Positions 21,101 through 32,523 of a DNA stretch of 64,000 nucleotides are shown piece by piece. The stretch is from Candidatus Latescibacterota bacterium (GTDB lineage Bacteria; Latescibacterota; UBA2968; SICM01): positions 2,400,001-2,464,000 of the forward strand of contig CBDCJO010000002.1 in assembly GCA_965217865.1 (NCBI GenBank), given 5' to 3'. Below the pieces are notes generated by a model. That model was not told where the DNA came from, made no database searches, and was given only the letters and a program-made list of their open reading frames with translations. Numbering within the stretch: the first letter of the stretch is position 1; every line of letters begins with the position of its first letter. Made by a program: the position numbers and the translations under genes.

Positions 21101-23655
21101 ATCCTTTCGACGTGCACCCGGACGGGATCCTCTCGTTGAATGTCCTCCGTATAGTCCGTCGTCAGTCCCCAGGAGATCCGGCTGTCCGCCGGTTCGGTGG
21201 TCCGTCACCCGACCGTCGCGGTCGTCGAGGTCACATTCAGCACCGTCACCGCACGCATTCCCGGAGGGATCGTGTCCCGATCCGCGGATATGGAAAAGCT
21301 GAAGATATCTGTCAGGTTCTGATTTCCGCTGGCATCGGTGTTCCCCGCACGGAAGAAGTAGGTGCCAGGAGCCAGGCCGAGGATCGGGACGCGGTGGGTC
21401 CGGTCAAAATCCGCAAACGTAAGCTCCTGAACCAGACTGTCCGGGTCTGACGATGTCCCGTAGACCACCCTTCGGTCCGCGGGCTCATCCGTGAACCAGC
21501 GGACGATCCCGGACTGCACGATCGGACCTCCGGTAACGATCGGGTCCGAGTTGTCCGGCTTCGCCCGCAGCCGGAACGACAGAATGGCTCCCACGGTCGG
21601 TCCGTTGCCTTCACCGTCGGTCGACCCCACGCGATAGTACACCTTCGAACCCGGGACAAGACCGACCAGGGTCATGTTGTGTCTGACGACGAGTTCGTCG
21701 TCCGTGATCAGGTTGATCAGGCTGTCCGGGTCCTCCGAATTCCCGTATTCCACCTGGCTGTCCGAGGACTCGTTCGTCCCCCAGACGATCTGCGCCTGCG
21801 TGTCCGTCCGGTTCAACACGACCGAAGGAAAGGTGATCTTGGGCAAAAGGTCATCCCGGGAGACCCGGGTCCTGCCTTCGAATGTCTCTGAGGAGATCCG
21901 GATTCCGGCCGGGTCTTCCGAGGCCACCTGGAGATGGAAGACCGTCCCCGGGGGCAGTCCGACGACCGAGACCCGATGGTCCCTCACCAAATCCTCTGAG
22001 GCGACCGAATCCTCAAGAGCGGTCTCACCGAACCGTACGACCGAGGTGCCGGTCACATTCGTCTTCCAGCCGACATCGATGCGGTCAACGGACCGCGCCA
22101 TTACGACCGGTCGGCCCAGGAGCCGGATCGGAGGAACCACCGTGGCGGTCCGGAAAGCCCGAATCGGACTCTCTCGCTTCAGGCCGCCAGCGCCGATCGA
22201 TGCCACCCGGAAAAAGTGACGGGTGCCGGTCGCCAATCCCTTCAACCTCACCCGGTGATCCCGGACGAGGTCCGTGGAGTCAGACGTCTCGGTAAGGGTG
22301 GAATCGATCCCGTAGTTGACCACCCCAACGCTCGCTTCGTCCGACCTCCAGAAAATCAGGACTTCCGTATCCCTGATCTCGAGCGGGGCCGGTCCCTCGA
22401 CGTGAACGGGCGGAAAGTTCCGGATTTCCCGAAGTGTGTTGAAACTGCCGCCTTTGCCCGGGACCGGTTCCCCCCCAAATCCGAAGAATAAACCCGGACA
22501 AAATAGCGCGTACCGAGCGACAAACCCGTGATCTTCTGGCTGTGCTTCCGTACCTTGGCCGTGTCTTTGGGAACGGCCACCGGAGAGGTGAATTCCTTGT
22601 CGATGGCGTATTCGACCTCCGTGTCTCCAGGACGGTCGGTTTCGAACCCCACGTTCACCGATTCGTCCGTGATCCCGAAAAACCCGGGTCCCCGGACGAT
22701 CACGGGCGCATCGGCTGAAATCCTCTGAACGGAGAGGGTGATCGCGGGTTCCAGCAGCTCGTCTCCGGCAGGACCCTTGAAGGTTACCGAGACGATTTGA
22801 AACGTCGCCGTCATCAGCCCGGGCCCTTCCTCTGAATAAAAACCGGCCTAGCAGGCCGTCACCGGACCTGGGCGTTCCCCCCAGCGAAGCCACGGCCACC
22901 TTAACCGAGTCCCCCTGAGCTAAAGGCAGGGGGAGCCCCGGAATCGCGGGTCCGACGGTGAAACCTTGATACGTCACAGCCGAGGTGTCGTAGCGGACCA
23001 CGATCGTGAACCCCGAGGCCTGAACGATCCGGCGGCCGAACACCTGTACCGGTATCAGGGCCAAATCGCCTACCTCCCGCTGCGTCAACCCCTGGAAACC
23101 CGGGTCGGGGTTGAGGTCGCCTAAAACACGGTCCCTGCCCGTCGGTTCCTTCGGGACCTCACCCGCGACGGTCAGGACGATACCGGGGGTGAAGGTGTCC
23201 TTATCGCTGGAGTTGATCTCGACCTGGGTAATCGTAAATTCGGCAGACTGGAAGTCCGGTTTTGCCCTGAAACTTAACGTGGCGAACAATTGATCCCCTG
23301 AAAACGTTCCCCCGAATACCGCCCCTCCGACGGTGACCAAGTCGGGGGCAAGTTGTTGTAGCGGGATGAAACCGGGGATACCTGGAGAAAACCCCTCGAA
23401 CTCCACCTGGGATTCATCGTACTGAACCAAAATCGTATACCCGTTCGACCCGGTCACCCCTTTGGCATATACCTCGATCTTTATGTCGTCCCCTGGCTTG
23501 GTCTCCCGTGCGTGTTGACCTTGATCCCCGGATTCCGGATTCATGTCCGCCGAAAGCATTGTGCTGGCGTTCGGGCCCGCTACTGCGGGGTGGGGAGCCG
23601 CAAAAAGATATGCAAACAAAAAGAGAAATAGCAAAAGCCGAAAGAGCGTTTCCAC
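18189..23655 (-). CDS. Large secreted protein (cohesin-like, multiple FN3/purple-acid-phosphatase N-terminal-type repeats, dockerin/EF-hand, FlgD-Ig/T9SS-type tail), split by at least 4 frameshifts
   Basis: Signal peptide; repeated W.TDE.S.S.V.YG..H.V.L..L.PGT.Y; GDADGNG..DF; NYPNPFNP..WDGKD..GVASGVYFYR..KMLFLK; frame changes near 22815, 22450, 21200 and 19350. Confidence 0.75.
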
Positions 23656-23851
23656 TTCGAAATCCCCACCCGTACCCCGAAAAAGGGCTCGGCCTCCAGA
23701 AAGCCAAAGAAAGCATAACCTTACCTCCTTAAAAATAGAATAGCGTGAATTTTATTTTTGATTAAGTTCGCAACTATAAAACATCGTCTATTATCTTTCC
23801 TCCCTCTGTGTTGTAAATCACACTATTGCCAGATTGCCATGAAATTTCCTG

Positions 23852-24931
23852 CTATCTACTTTGTAGATCGGCCTCTCGCATTTCGGATAGCAGCGCCACG
23901 ATCGACCCCCCATCCATATTATCGACTGTTGATTGTTCGACCACTTTCACGCAGGTGCTGTTCGCTGGAACCCAACGGGGGACGTCCTTTTTTGGCACAA
24001 TCCCTAAGGTGGGAAGCCACTTGGCCACGGAGAGATGGAACAGATCGGTATTCCCCGCAATGAAGCCCTCACACGCCTCCATCAACGCAACGGTTCGGGG
24101 CAGGTCATCGGTCTGAAAAAGGAGCGCCCGAGGACCGAGCATCTCCTTCAACCGGTTGGCCACGTGGCGTTGATCAAAATCGAAAAAGATAATCGCCCGG
24201 CAAGCCTTGTCCACCGCTCGAACGATGTTCACCCACTGTCGAAACGTAAGCGGTGAACCGATTCCGGAGCTGACGTCGATCCCGACAAGGCGTTCAGGAT
24301 TACGCCGATCCCCCAGGTAGCGGTCAAGGATCTTCTTGGCCCCCTCCTGTGGAACGGACCATCCTAGCCCCCCTTCTCCTTCGACGATGTTGAGGGCTTG
24401 GAGCATCAAAGAAAGACGTTCCGCCTCATAGCATGAATCCCTTGCTGGGACGATTCGAAAATTGAAGAACGGTACATCATCATAGTGGAACCCGACACGG
24501 AGTTTACCCCCACTTCGATAGCATAGGTAGGCTGGCAGGAGGCATTCAGGATCCCCGAAACAGAATACCAGATCAAATTCCCTTCGACGTAATCTGCGGA
24601 CCAGTTCCCGGAGTCTTGTCCCGATCGGAAGAACAAAATCGCTGCAGAGGATGACATCATCTATAAATGGCATCTGTCTGGCAATGTATTCCCGGCGTGC
24701 TTCGGTCAACAGGCTGACCTCTGCCCTGGGATATCGGTTCTTGATTGCCTTGAACTTGGACGCACCAAGGAAGAGGCCGCCGGCACGCAAGTCCGGTATA
24801 ATCAGAATGTTTCGCGGATTATCCAGGACATCGGAAACGGAAATGGCAGGACTCCGGCAGATTCGGCCCCTGTAGAAAGACATCAGAGCTCGGGCGAAGA
24901 AACTCCGAAAAATCCCTTTGTTAAGTTTCAC
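23852..24931 (-). CDS. Glycosyltransferase family 9 (heptosyltransferase-like)
   Basis: AIKNRYPRAEVSLL, LRRREFDLV, FIAGNTDLFHLSVA. Confidence 0.75.
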   Translation of the reverse strand: MKLNKGIFRSFFARALMSFYRGRICRSPAISVSDVLDNPRNILIIPDLRAGGLFLGASKFKAIKNRYPRAEVSLLTEARREYIARQMPFIDDVILCSDFVLPIGTRLRELVRRLRRREFDLVFCFGDPECLLPAYLCYRSGGKLRVGFHYDDVPFFNFRIVPARDSCYEAERLSLMLQALNIVEGEGGLGWSVPQEGAKKILDRYLGDRRNPERLVGIDVSSGIGSPLTFRQWVNIVRAVDKACRAIIFFDFDQRHVANRLKEMLGPRALLFQTDDLPRTVALMEACEGFIAGNTDLFHLSVAKWLPTLGIVPKKDVPRWVPANSTCVKVVEQSTVDNMDGGSIVALLSEMREADLQSR

Positions 24932-24938
24932 AGCTCAA

Positions 24939-25961
24939 TCAGTCTCCCCAACGTTTGGCTTCGGCTTTTACGCATTTAGCCATCTTCCGGTACGACCTCT
25001 GATCGAAACGAAGCCGTTGATCCTCGGCCCCAAGACTGAACAGGATGCTGTAAAGATCACCGGCGGCTGGACATTTCGGATTCTCTATTAGATAAGGCCG
25101 CATATGTTCACACGCATCCACCACCTCTTTATCCTCGTGGATTTGACCCGCAAATGTCATGTCCACGCCCAGATAAGCCCCGGACCAGATCAACGAATCG
25201 CACGGCATCCTCGATGTGGTCCCTTTTGCGGACCCGGTTCATGATAAATCTCGGGCGAAATTGCGCCACGGCTAGCTGGGCCGCCTCTCCTGCCGCACTG
25301 TCCCGTTCCGCCAATGCGCGAATGAGATCGTCGATCTTCAATGCCTTTCCGCCCGCGACCGCAAACTGGCTGATCAACAACTGCATCTCCTTATGCTTTG
25401 AAAAAATCCGCATAAGATTTCTGTAGACCGCACTTTTCACGAACGCATAGGCATCGATCTTTGCGTGGGGTTCCGGGTTGGCCACAACAATCCCCTCTTG
25501 GGACATGATGAAAAAGTCCAGGGTGTTGTAGGCCATTCCGGCCCCGAGGTCGACGATTATGTAATCGGCGTTGATCTCTGCGATATGCCGTTTGAGTTTC
25601 TGCTTCGTCTGATACGGAAGGTTCGCAAGCCCCAGCATTTCGCTCCCTCCGCAGATCAACCGGAGGTTTTCATTGGGTGTGGGGAGCAGGACATCCTCCA
25701 AGTCCATGACCCTTCCTTTGATGAAGTCGCTGAGATTTCGTTCAGGATTGGATATCCCGAAGAGGAAATGAAGGTTTGGGGCTCCCAGGTCTCCGTCGAT
25801 CAGGATGACTTTATATCCCAATAAGGAAAGCCCAACCCCAAGGTTGGCTGTCACGACGGTCTTTCCGGTTCCCCCTTTTCCCCCAGCGATTGCCCAGATT
25901 CGTTTTTCGGGCTCTTCCGCCTCTAAAAGGACTTCCCCTGGTCTGCACGCATGGTTGCCAT
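24939..25961 (-). CDS. FlhG/MinD-family P-loop ATPase with two homopolymer frameshifts
   Basis: IWAIAGGKGGTGKT, LIDGDLGAPNL, IVDLGAG, MNRV; shifts near 25937 and 25178. Confidence 0.8.
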
Positions 25962-26225
25962 AAGACCTCGAAATGTATCATAACACAAAAATTTACACAG
26001 CATTTATCTCCATAATTATCGGGTAATTAATAAATTTCACCTCTCAATGTCAACTGGAATCTCGAATCCGGGTCCATGGCGGGGCTGAATCGTCGTAATT
26101 TCCATATCTATATTCCACTTGCAATATTCATCCGGATATGTTAATTTAGGGAGGTAATTTTTTTGAATTCCGGAATGTATGATGAAATTTATCCCGTACA
26201 TTTGGGGAAATGGGAGGCCACACTT

Positions 26226-27191
26226 ATGAATGGATCAAACGGCAGACCGAGTTCGCTCTACGAGCAGACCCTGGAATGTGCGCGCCGTGAGATTGACGAG
26301 GCCTCCGCAGAGATCGCCCAGATGAGAGATCGCCTGATGGGGCTCGAGGCGCGTATGGAGGCTGCAAAGGCCGTCTACGAAGCAGTCGCCGCCCGTCTGA
26401 ATATCGAAGATGAGATCAATGAGGCCCCACCGGAGGAAGTCGAAGAGCAAATCCCCGAACCTTCCACTCCTCCCCTCTCCCAGGAAGAAATTTCCAGGCT
26501 CCTCCATGCCCAGAAGTCTGTGCAACCCCCTATTCGCGAAGCACCGACCGCCCCTCAAGCACCGGCTCCGCAACCCAATCCGGTCGCCCAGGAGCCTATT
26601 GGCCTACCCTCATCCGAAAGCGATCTGATTCGACAGCACCTCCAGGCTCGGTCGGGTGCGGAGACCGCCCCCCAGGCACCGGCGACGCAACCTCAAGCAC
26701 CGGCTCCGCAGCCCAATCCGGTCGCCCAGGAGCCTACTGGCCTACGCTCATCCGAAAGCGATCTGATTCGACAGCACCTTCAGGCTCGGGCGGGTACAGG
26801 GACCGCCCCCCAGGCACCGGCAACGCAACCTCAAGCACCGGCTCCGGCCGCTCAAGAGCCTGCCGGTCTACCCTCATCCGAAAGCGATCTGATTCGACAG
26901 CACCTTCAGGCACGGGCGGGTGCAGAGACCGTCCCCCAGACACAGGCGACCCAACCTCAAGCACCGGCTCCGGCCGCTCAGGAGTCTTCCGGCCTGCCCC
27001 CATCCGAAAGCGATCTGATCCGGCAGCACCTCCAGGCACAGTCGGGTGCGGAGAGCGCTTCCCCGAAAGCATCGGTCGCCGAACCAAAACCCTCGACACC
27101 CGCCCCGGCGGGCGGACTCAATGAAGAGGATCGAAAGCTAATCGAGGAACATCTCCGCCGTCGGATAGAGAGCGAAAGCCACAACACCTGA
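26226..27191 (+). CDS. Hypothetical coiled-coil protein with Pro/Gln/Ala-rich tandem repeats
   Basis: GGGAGG RBS; N-terminal coiled coil; four SESDLIRQHLQA motifs. Confidence 0.75.
   Translation: MNGSNGRPSSLYEQTLECARREIDEASAEIAQMRDRLMGLEARMEAAKAVYEAVAARLNIEDEINEAPPEEVEEQIPEPSTPPLSQEEISRLLHAQKSVQPPIREAPTAPQAPAPQPNPVAQEPIGLPSSESDLIRQHLQARSGAETAPQAPATQPQAPAPQPNPVAQEPTGLRSSESDLIRQHLQARAGTGTAPQAPATQPQAPAPAAQEPAGLPSSESDLIRQHLQARAGAETVPQTQATQPQAPAPAAQESSGLPPSESDLIRQHLQAQSGAESASPKASVAEPKPSTPAPAGGLNEEDRKLIEEHLRRRIESESHNT
26545..27060 (+). repeat. Intragenic tandem repeat, four units with periods 138, 126 and 126 bp
   Basis: CATCCGAAAGCGATCTGAT at 26611, 26749, 26875 and 27001. Confidence 0.9.
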
Positions 27192-27247
27192 CCATCGCTC
27201 GATAAGCCATTCCAAAATTCGATCTGGCCTCCCAGACGTCGAGGGCC

Positions 27248-27798
27248 TTGGCCAGATCGATTTTTTTTGATGGGTCAGTGTCCTCATTAAAAAAGGTTCG
27301 CGCCTACTCGGTCATCCAGGATCGGATTCATGCCGTCTTGGCCGGGGATCGATCCTGGAACCTGACCCAAATCGCCCTCCTGTCTTATCCCCCCCATCAC
27401 TATCCCCTTATCGCCCTTTGTCGTTCCTCAACGGAGGAAGCACCTCAACTCAGCATCTCCGCTGGAATTCACGGAGACGAACCCGCCGGGGTGGAAGCTG
27501 TGCTTCGCTTTCTCGAATCAGACGCCCACCGGCTACACCCATCGTTAAACCTCATCCTCATTCCTTGCCAGAATCCCTTCGGATATGAACACGACTGCAG
27601 GTTTAACGGGTGCGGCCTGGACCTGAATCGTCAATTCGACAAGCTGGAGACCCAGGCCATCGAGTCCGAACCCCTTAGACGATTTCTTTTAAACCGGCAA
27701 ATCGACTACGTGGTCGAATGCCACCGTTCGAAAAGCGCGTGGCCATGCATCTAACGGCCATTCGCACCGCCATCGAAAACGCAAAGCGTGATGCGTGA
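27248..27798 (+). pseudogene. M14 metallocarboxypeptidase / succinylglutamate desuccinylase family, internal deletion
   Basis: ISAGIHGDEPAG, NPFG, DLNRQF, VVECH, then an out-of-frame C-terminus PFEKRVAMHLTAI. Confidence 0.7.
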
Positions 27799-27818
27799 AG
27801 CAACCCTGCGCTCACGCT

Positions 27819-29165
27819 TCACGAGATGCGCTTTGCGGGTTTATCTTCGAACCCGATCACCCGCTCACACCATCGGGCGACCCGGAACAGGTCCGCTTCA
27901 CCAAAGGGATGTCCCACAAGCTGCACAGCCACAGGGAGACCATTTTTTGCGATTTCAACCGGGATCACCACGGTTGGCAATCCCGAGTAAGACCACGGGG
28001 AATTGAAGATGGGGTCTCCTGTTGTCGTAAGGTCTGGCGCCGTGGTCGGTGTCGCTGGTATCAGGAGGGCATCGAATCCCTTCAGGGAATTTCCGATGGC
28101 CTTCTTGAATTGTAACTGGTGTTCACGAGCAGTTGCATAGGCAGCCGCGGTCAACCCCTGGCCCTCCTCGATGAGCCCGCGAATCTTCGGACGGTATTCT
28201 TCTTTTCGATCCGGGAATTGGGTCTTGTGGACCTTCGCAAGTTCCGCACACATCAGGGTCCGGTGCATCTGATAGGCCTCGCAAAAACCGTCCGGAATCC
28301 TGGCCTCCATTAAGATGGCACCTCCCGATTGAAAATCCCGACCCGCCTTCTCCAGAGCTCGACTAATGTCCGGATCCATCCGGTCCCTGAAGAGATCGCT
28401 TGATCGTCCGATTCGAGGCGGGGAATCCCCCTCCATCCGACACGCCTTCACGTAATCATCGACCTGAATCGGGGATGAAACGGGATCCTCTGGATCGTGT
28501 CCGGAGATCGTTTGCAGCAGAAGGGCAGCGTCCGATACGGACCGGGCAAAGGGGCCGGGATGATCCAGACTGATGCTGACTGGAATGAACCCATTTGTGG
28601 ACACTCGGCCATAGGTCGGTTTACAGCCGACGATCCCACAATAGGCGGCAGGCCGACTGATGGAGCCGCCGGTCTGTGATCCGATGGCTCCGAAACACAT
28701 GTCTGCGGCCACTGCAGCAGCGGATCCGCTGCTGGAGCCACCGGGGGTGTGCGAGAGATCCCATGGATTTCGCGTTTCGGCCGGGTCGAAACAGGCAAAT
28801 TCGGTCGTGACGGTTTTCCCCAGGATCACCGCCCCCGCCTCCCTCAGTTTGGCAACCACCGTGGAATCCCGGTCTGCGGGGGGAATATTCGCCAAGACCC
28901 GGGAACCCGCTCTGGTCGGAAATCCCTCTACGTGGACGATGTCCTTGACGCCCAGAGGGATTCCGTGCAAAGGGCCTTTCCACCCTCCTTCACGAATCTC
29001 CGCCTCCATCCTTGCGGCAGCAGACAACGCCCCCCTTCGATCGACTTCGACCCACGCCCGGATCTCTTGATCCAATGAATCGATCCGTTCCAGGCAGAGC
29101 TGAACAAGGTCCACCGGTGATACCTCGCGGCTCCGGATACGTTCAGACACCCCGGTAATCGTCAT
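27819..29165 (-). CDS. Amidase signature family protein (GatA-like)
   Basis: GPLHGIPLGVKD, TPGGSSSGSAAAV, GSQTGGSISRPA. Confidence 0.92.
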   Translation of the reverse strand: MTITGVSERIRSREVSPVDLVQLCLERIDSLDQEIRAWVEVDRRGALSAAARMEAEIREGGWKGPLHGIPLGVKDIVHVEGFPTRAGSRVLANIPPADRDSTVVAKLREAGAVILGKTVTTEFACFDPAETRNPWDLSHTPGGSSSGSAAAVAADMCFGAIGSQTGGSISRPAAYCGIVGCKPTYGRVSTNGFIPVSISLDHPGPFARSVSDAALLLQTISGHDPEDPVSSPIQVDDYVKACRMEGDSPPRIGRSSDLFRDRMDPDISRALEKAGRDFQSGGAILMEARIPDGFCEAYQMHRTLMCAELAKVHKTQFPDRKEEYRPKIRGLIEEGQGLTAAAYATAREHQLQFKKAIGNSLKGFDALLIPATPTTAPDLTTTGDPIFNSPWSYSGLPTVVIPVEIAKNGLPVAVQLVGHPFGEADLFRVARWCERVIGFEDKPAKRIS

Positions 29166-29270
29166 CGGGATCCCTTCTTGAAATCCTTCGTTAGGTTCTT
29201 AAATCCCCGACTCATAACTTATGGGTATGCAGATTCATACCGGGTGTCAACCGAAAACCGTAAATCAGAA

Positions 29271-29299
29271 TTGACACGTCCCAAAGCGAGTACTATATT
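29271..29299 (+). promoter_or_regulatory. sigma70 promoter
   Basis: TTGACA-17 bp-TATATT upstream of the oxidoreductase. Confidence 0.55.
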
Positions 29300-29346
29300 G
29301 GCCATATCGTTGAAACGAGGTCCTTGAATTCCTGGATTGTTCTGGT

Positions 29347-30561
29347 TTGGACAGGAGTCGTTCCTTGCTTAACCCAAAAAAACTGAACATCGCCCTCGTC
29401 GGTGCCGGAGGCCGTGGCGTGGGAGCACGTCTGCCGAGTATCCTGCGCATGAAAGACCGGTTCAACCTGGTGGCTGTTTGCGATATGGACGAGGAAAAAG
29501 CCGGCAAGGTGGCGTCAGAACACGGTGCCCGGGCTTACAACCGGATCCAGGATCTCGTTAAGAAGGAAACCCTCGACGTCGTGGCCATCAGCACCCCGGG
29601 GGATTCTCACCACGCGATCGGGACATATCTCGCCGAGAATAAGATCAACCTGATCGTGGAAACCCCCCTGGCGATGAGCCTCCCTACTGCGGACCTGTTG
29701 ATCGATGCGGTGGACCGGAATCACGTGAAGCTTGAAGTGGCGGAGCAATATCCCCGGGATCCCCTTCACCACATGAAGCGGACAGTCATCGACAAGGGGC
29801 TCATCGGAGAGGTCCTCCGAATCTACCACCTCTTCAATACCGGAGGCTATCACGTGGTCAGCAGTATCCGAATGCTTGCCGGTGCAAGGGCTACTCGTGT
29901 CACGGGGATCTCTCAGGATCGACCGATCCCGCGCGTGAACAGAAGTTCGGTTCGGCAGTTTACGTCGGAGGAGTGGTCGATGGGGCTGATCGATTTCGAA
30001 AACAATGCCCTGGCCATCACCGCCTATTCCCCGCTCTACCACGCCCGCGCGATTGGCAGAAAAAGTGTGACCCTTTTCCAGGTGGACGGCACGACCGGAT
30101 CCATCGTCGAAGATGAAGTACACCTGACGACGGAGGAACAGCGCCTGAACGGGGGCGTGGCAACCGTTTACCCGATCCGGACCGTCACCAGGATGCTGGA
30201 GGATGTAGAGGTCCTGGAGCGCATGGAGATCGAGACCGAACCGAAAGTCACCTGGGAGAATCCCTGGCCGGACCAGAAGGTTGGTCCATCCCGCCTTTCG
30301 GTCTTCGAAGAGATGGACAGCATCTCACAGGCGGTGCTCAACGATCGGCCCACAAGCTACGACGCCAGGCAGGGGCGGGCGGATCAGGAGATTTGCATCG
30401 CCTGGGAGGAGTCGGGAAGAAGGGGACGGATTCCGATCGACCTTCCCCTGAAGGGGATCACCGGTTACGAGGAAGACCTCCACGGAAAATTCGAGGAAAA
30501 ATACGGCTGTGAGCCCACGGACGTTGAGCGGCTCCTGGACGTCTTTTTTCCAAAAACTTGA
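29347..30561 (+). CDS. Gfo/Idh/MocA family oxidoreductase
   Basis: IALVGAGGRG, VAVCD, IVETPLA. Confidence 0.88.
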   Translation: MDRSRSLLNPKKLNIALVGAGGRGVGARLPSILRMKDRFNLVAVCDMDEEKAGKVASEHGARAYNRIQDLVKKETLDVVAISTPGDSHHAIGTYLAENKINLIVETPLAMSLPTADLLIDAVDRNHVKLEVAEQYPRDPLHHMKRTVIDKGLIGEVLRIYHLFNTGGYHVVSSIRMLAGARATRVTGISQDRPIPRVNRSSVRQFTSEEWSMGLIDFENNALAITAYSPLYHARAIGRKSVTLFQVDGTTGSIVEDEVHLTTEEQRLNGGVATVYPIRTVTRMLEDVEVLERMEIETEPKVTWENPWPDQKVGPSRLSVFEEMDSISQAVLNDRPTSYDARQGRADQEICIAWEESGRRGRIPIDLPLKGITGYEEDLHGKFEEKYGCEPTDVERLLDVFFPKT

Positions 30562-30586
30562 TCTCTCGAACCTTCGGTTTCCGATC

Positions 30587-31817
30587 GTGGATCCAATCGA
30601 AACGCAGACCTTTCAAGCTAGTGCCGATCTCCTTCGCTCCACCTATCATCCGGCACCCTCCGATATCCGCCTGGTTCATTCCCCCTATCGCATCTGCCCG
30701 ATCGGAGCTCACATCGATCATCAGTTGGGATGCGTGTTGGGAATGCCCATAGACCGTGGGGTTTCGCTCGTATTCGCCCCTAACCAGGACAGGCGGGTTC
30801 GCTCTCAGGAGTCTCGATTTTCCCGGAGAGGTATCCTTTTCCCTTGACGATGTACCCGCCAGGAAAAACGGCGATTGGGGGAACTACCCAAGAGGTGCGG
30901 CCAGGGCGCTTGGCGGAGAACATCCCCTTCGCCTGGGGTTCGACGCCGTTCTCGGAGGAAGCTTGCCCATAGGTGGTCTCAGTTCGTCAGCGGCAGTGGG
31001 AATCGCATATCTCATGGCCCTTGCCGATGTGAACCAGCTGACGCTTTCACACGATGACTTCATAGAACTCGACCGGTACATTGAAAACGTTTACCTGGGT
31101 CTGAATAACGGCATACTCGACCAGTCCACGATCCTGGCCGGACAGAGGGAAGGCCTCCTCCACATCGACTGCCTCACGAGGAAACGTCGTGTCCTAACGT
31201 CCCCCGAGGATATGCATCCGTTCGACATCCTGGTGGTCTTCTCCGGGGTATCGCAGCCCCTGGTGACCACCGGCTACAACCAACGGGTCGCCGAATGCGA
31301 GGACGCTGCGCGTCGCCTGCTTGAAATGGCGGGTGAAACCATACCGGTTCGTCCCAAATTTCGGCACGTTTCCCGGAAGGCCTACGAAAACTACCGCTCT
31401 TCTCTTCCCACTTCGATGCGCTTGCGCGCAGCCCACTTTTTCTCCGAAACCGAACGGGTTTCCGAGGGAATAGCGGCATGGACATCAGGAGATGTCATGA
31501 AGTTCGGCGACCTGATGAACGCCTCCGGCAGAAGCTCCATCGGTAACTATGTGTGCGGCAGTCCCCCTCTGATCGCACTCTACGAAATATTATGCGATAC
31601 TCCCGGGGTCTTCGGGACCCGGTTCTCGGGGGCGGGTTTTCGCGGGGCTTGCGTTGCGTTCGTAGACCCCGCGCATCGAGAGGAGATCGAGGATCGGGTA
31701 AGGAATCGATACATCGGACGCTTTCCGGACTATGGAAAGAATTTATCGATCCACACCTGCCGGGCGGGAAACGGGGCGCGAATCCTGGAAGGCGCCCAAG
31801 GGAAGGCTGGCACATAA
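30587..31817 (+). CDS. GHMP sugar kinase, galacturonokinase-like (one frameshift near 30800)
   Basis: SPYRICPIGAHIDHQ, GGLSSSAAV, GILDQ, YNQRVAEC, GTRFSGAGFRG. Confidence 0.8.
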
Positions 31818-31825
31818 ACCGGGGT

Positions 31826-32509
31826 TCAACGCCTTTTGGACATCCACTCGGCAATGGTTTCTGCCAGTTCGGTCTGGGCATCTTCGGTGGTTTTACCGGA
31901 GCGCTTAAGGACTTTGAAACTGTGATCCGCGGAGTCGATAACGTGAAGGGAAACCCTGTCCCCGAGTTTTTGACATAGGGGTTGCAACACCTCAAGATCG
32001 GTGAGCCTATCCCGCGTACCTTGAAGAAACAGCATTGGAATCGTGAGATCTAAAAGGTGCCGGGTGCGCTCTTCCGCCTTGCCTGCCAGGGGAAAGGCCA
32101 GAAACACGATGCCCTCCAGATGTGGGATCGGTGATTCAGCTGCTGCCATCGATGTCATCCGTCCACTCATCGAATGGCCCCCCGCAAAAAGCCGAACCCC
32201 GGGCGCCGTTCCGGCTGCGGCTCCGATCGCGGAGCGCACGGTCTCAAGGAGAATCCCCCGCGAATCAGGGCGCCGTCCGCCGGCCTCCGTGTATGGAAAC
32301 TGGTAGCGAAACGTCCCGATCCCGGCCGGCCCAAGCTTTTGGCTGAGGCCTTCCAGAAGGGGGCTCCGCATGTTGGAACCCGCACCGTGGCCAAGGACCA
32401 GCAGTCCTTTTGCGTCCCCGGGAAGGGTCAACAGCGCGGACACCTCACCTTTCTCCTTGGTCGCGACGAACCTCAGTTCTTTCGGTTTCGGGGCTTTGTG
32501 AAATTCCAT
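31826..32509 (-). CDS. Alpha/beta hydrolase (KANL3/Tex30-like)
   Basis: LGHGAG, GGHSMSGR, LQGTRD, ADHSF. Confidence 0.85.
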   Translation of the reverse strand: MEFHKAPKPKELRFVATKEKGEVSALLTLPGDAKGLLVLGHGAGSNMRSPLLEGLSQKLGPAGIGTFRYQFPYTEAGGRRPDSRGILLETVRSAIGAAAGTAPGVRLFAGGHSMSGRMTSMAAAESPIPHLEGIVFLAFPLAGKAEERTRHLLDLTIPMLFLQGTRDRLTDLEVLQPLCQKLGDRVSLHVIDSADHSFKVLKRSGKTTEDAQTELAETIAEWMSKRR

Positions 32510-32523
32510 TGACCTCTCCCCCA

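Noticed and set aside
26545-27060. Possible CRISPR array
   Set aside because: Periods are multiples of 3, the intervening sequences are similar to each other, and the repeats lie in frame within a CDS
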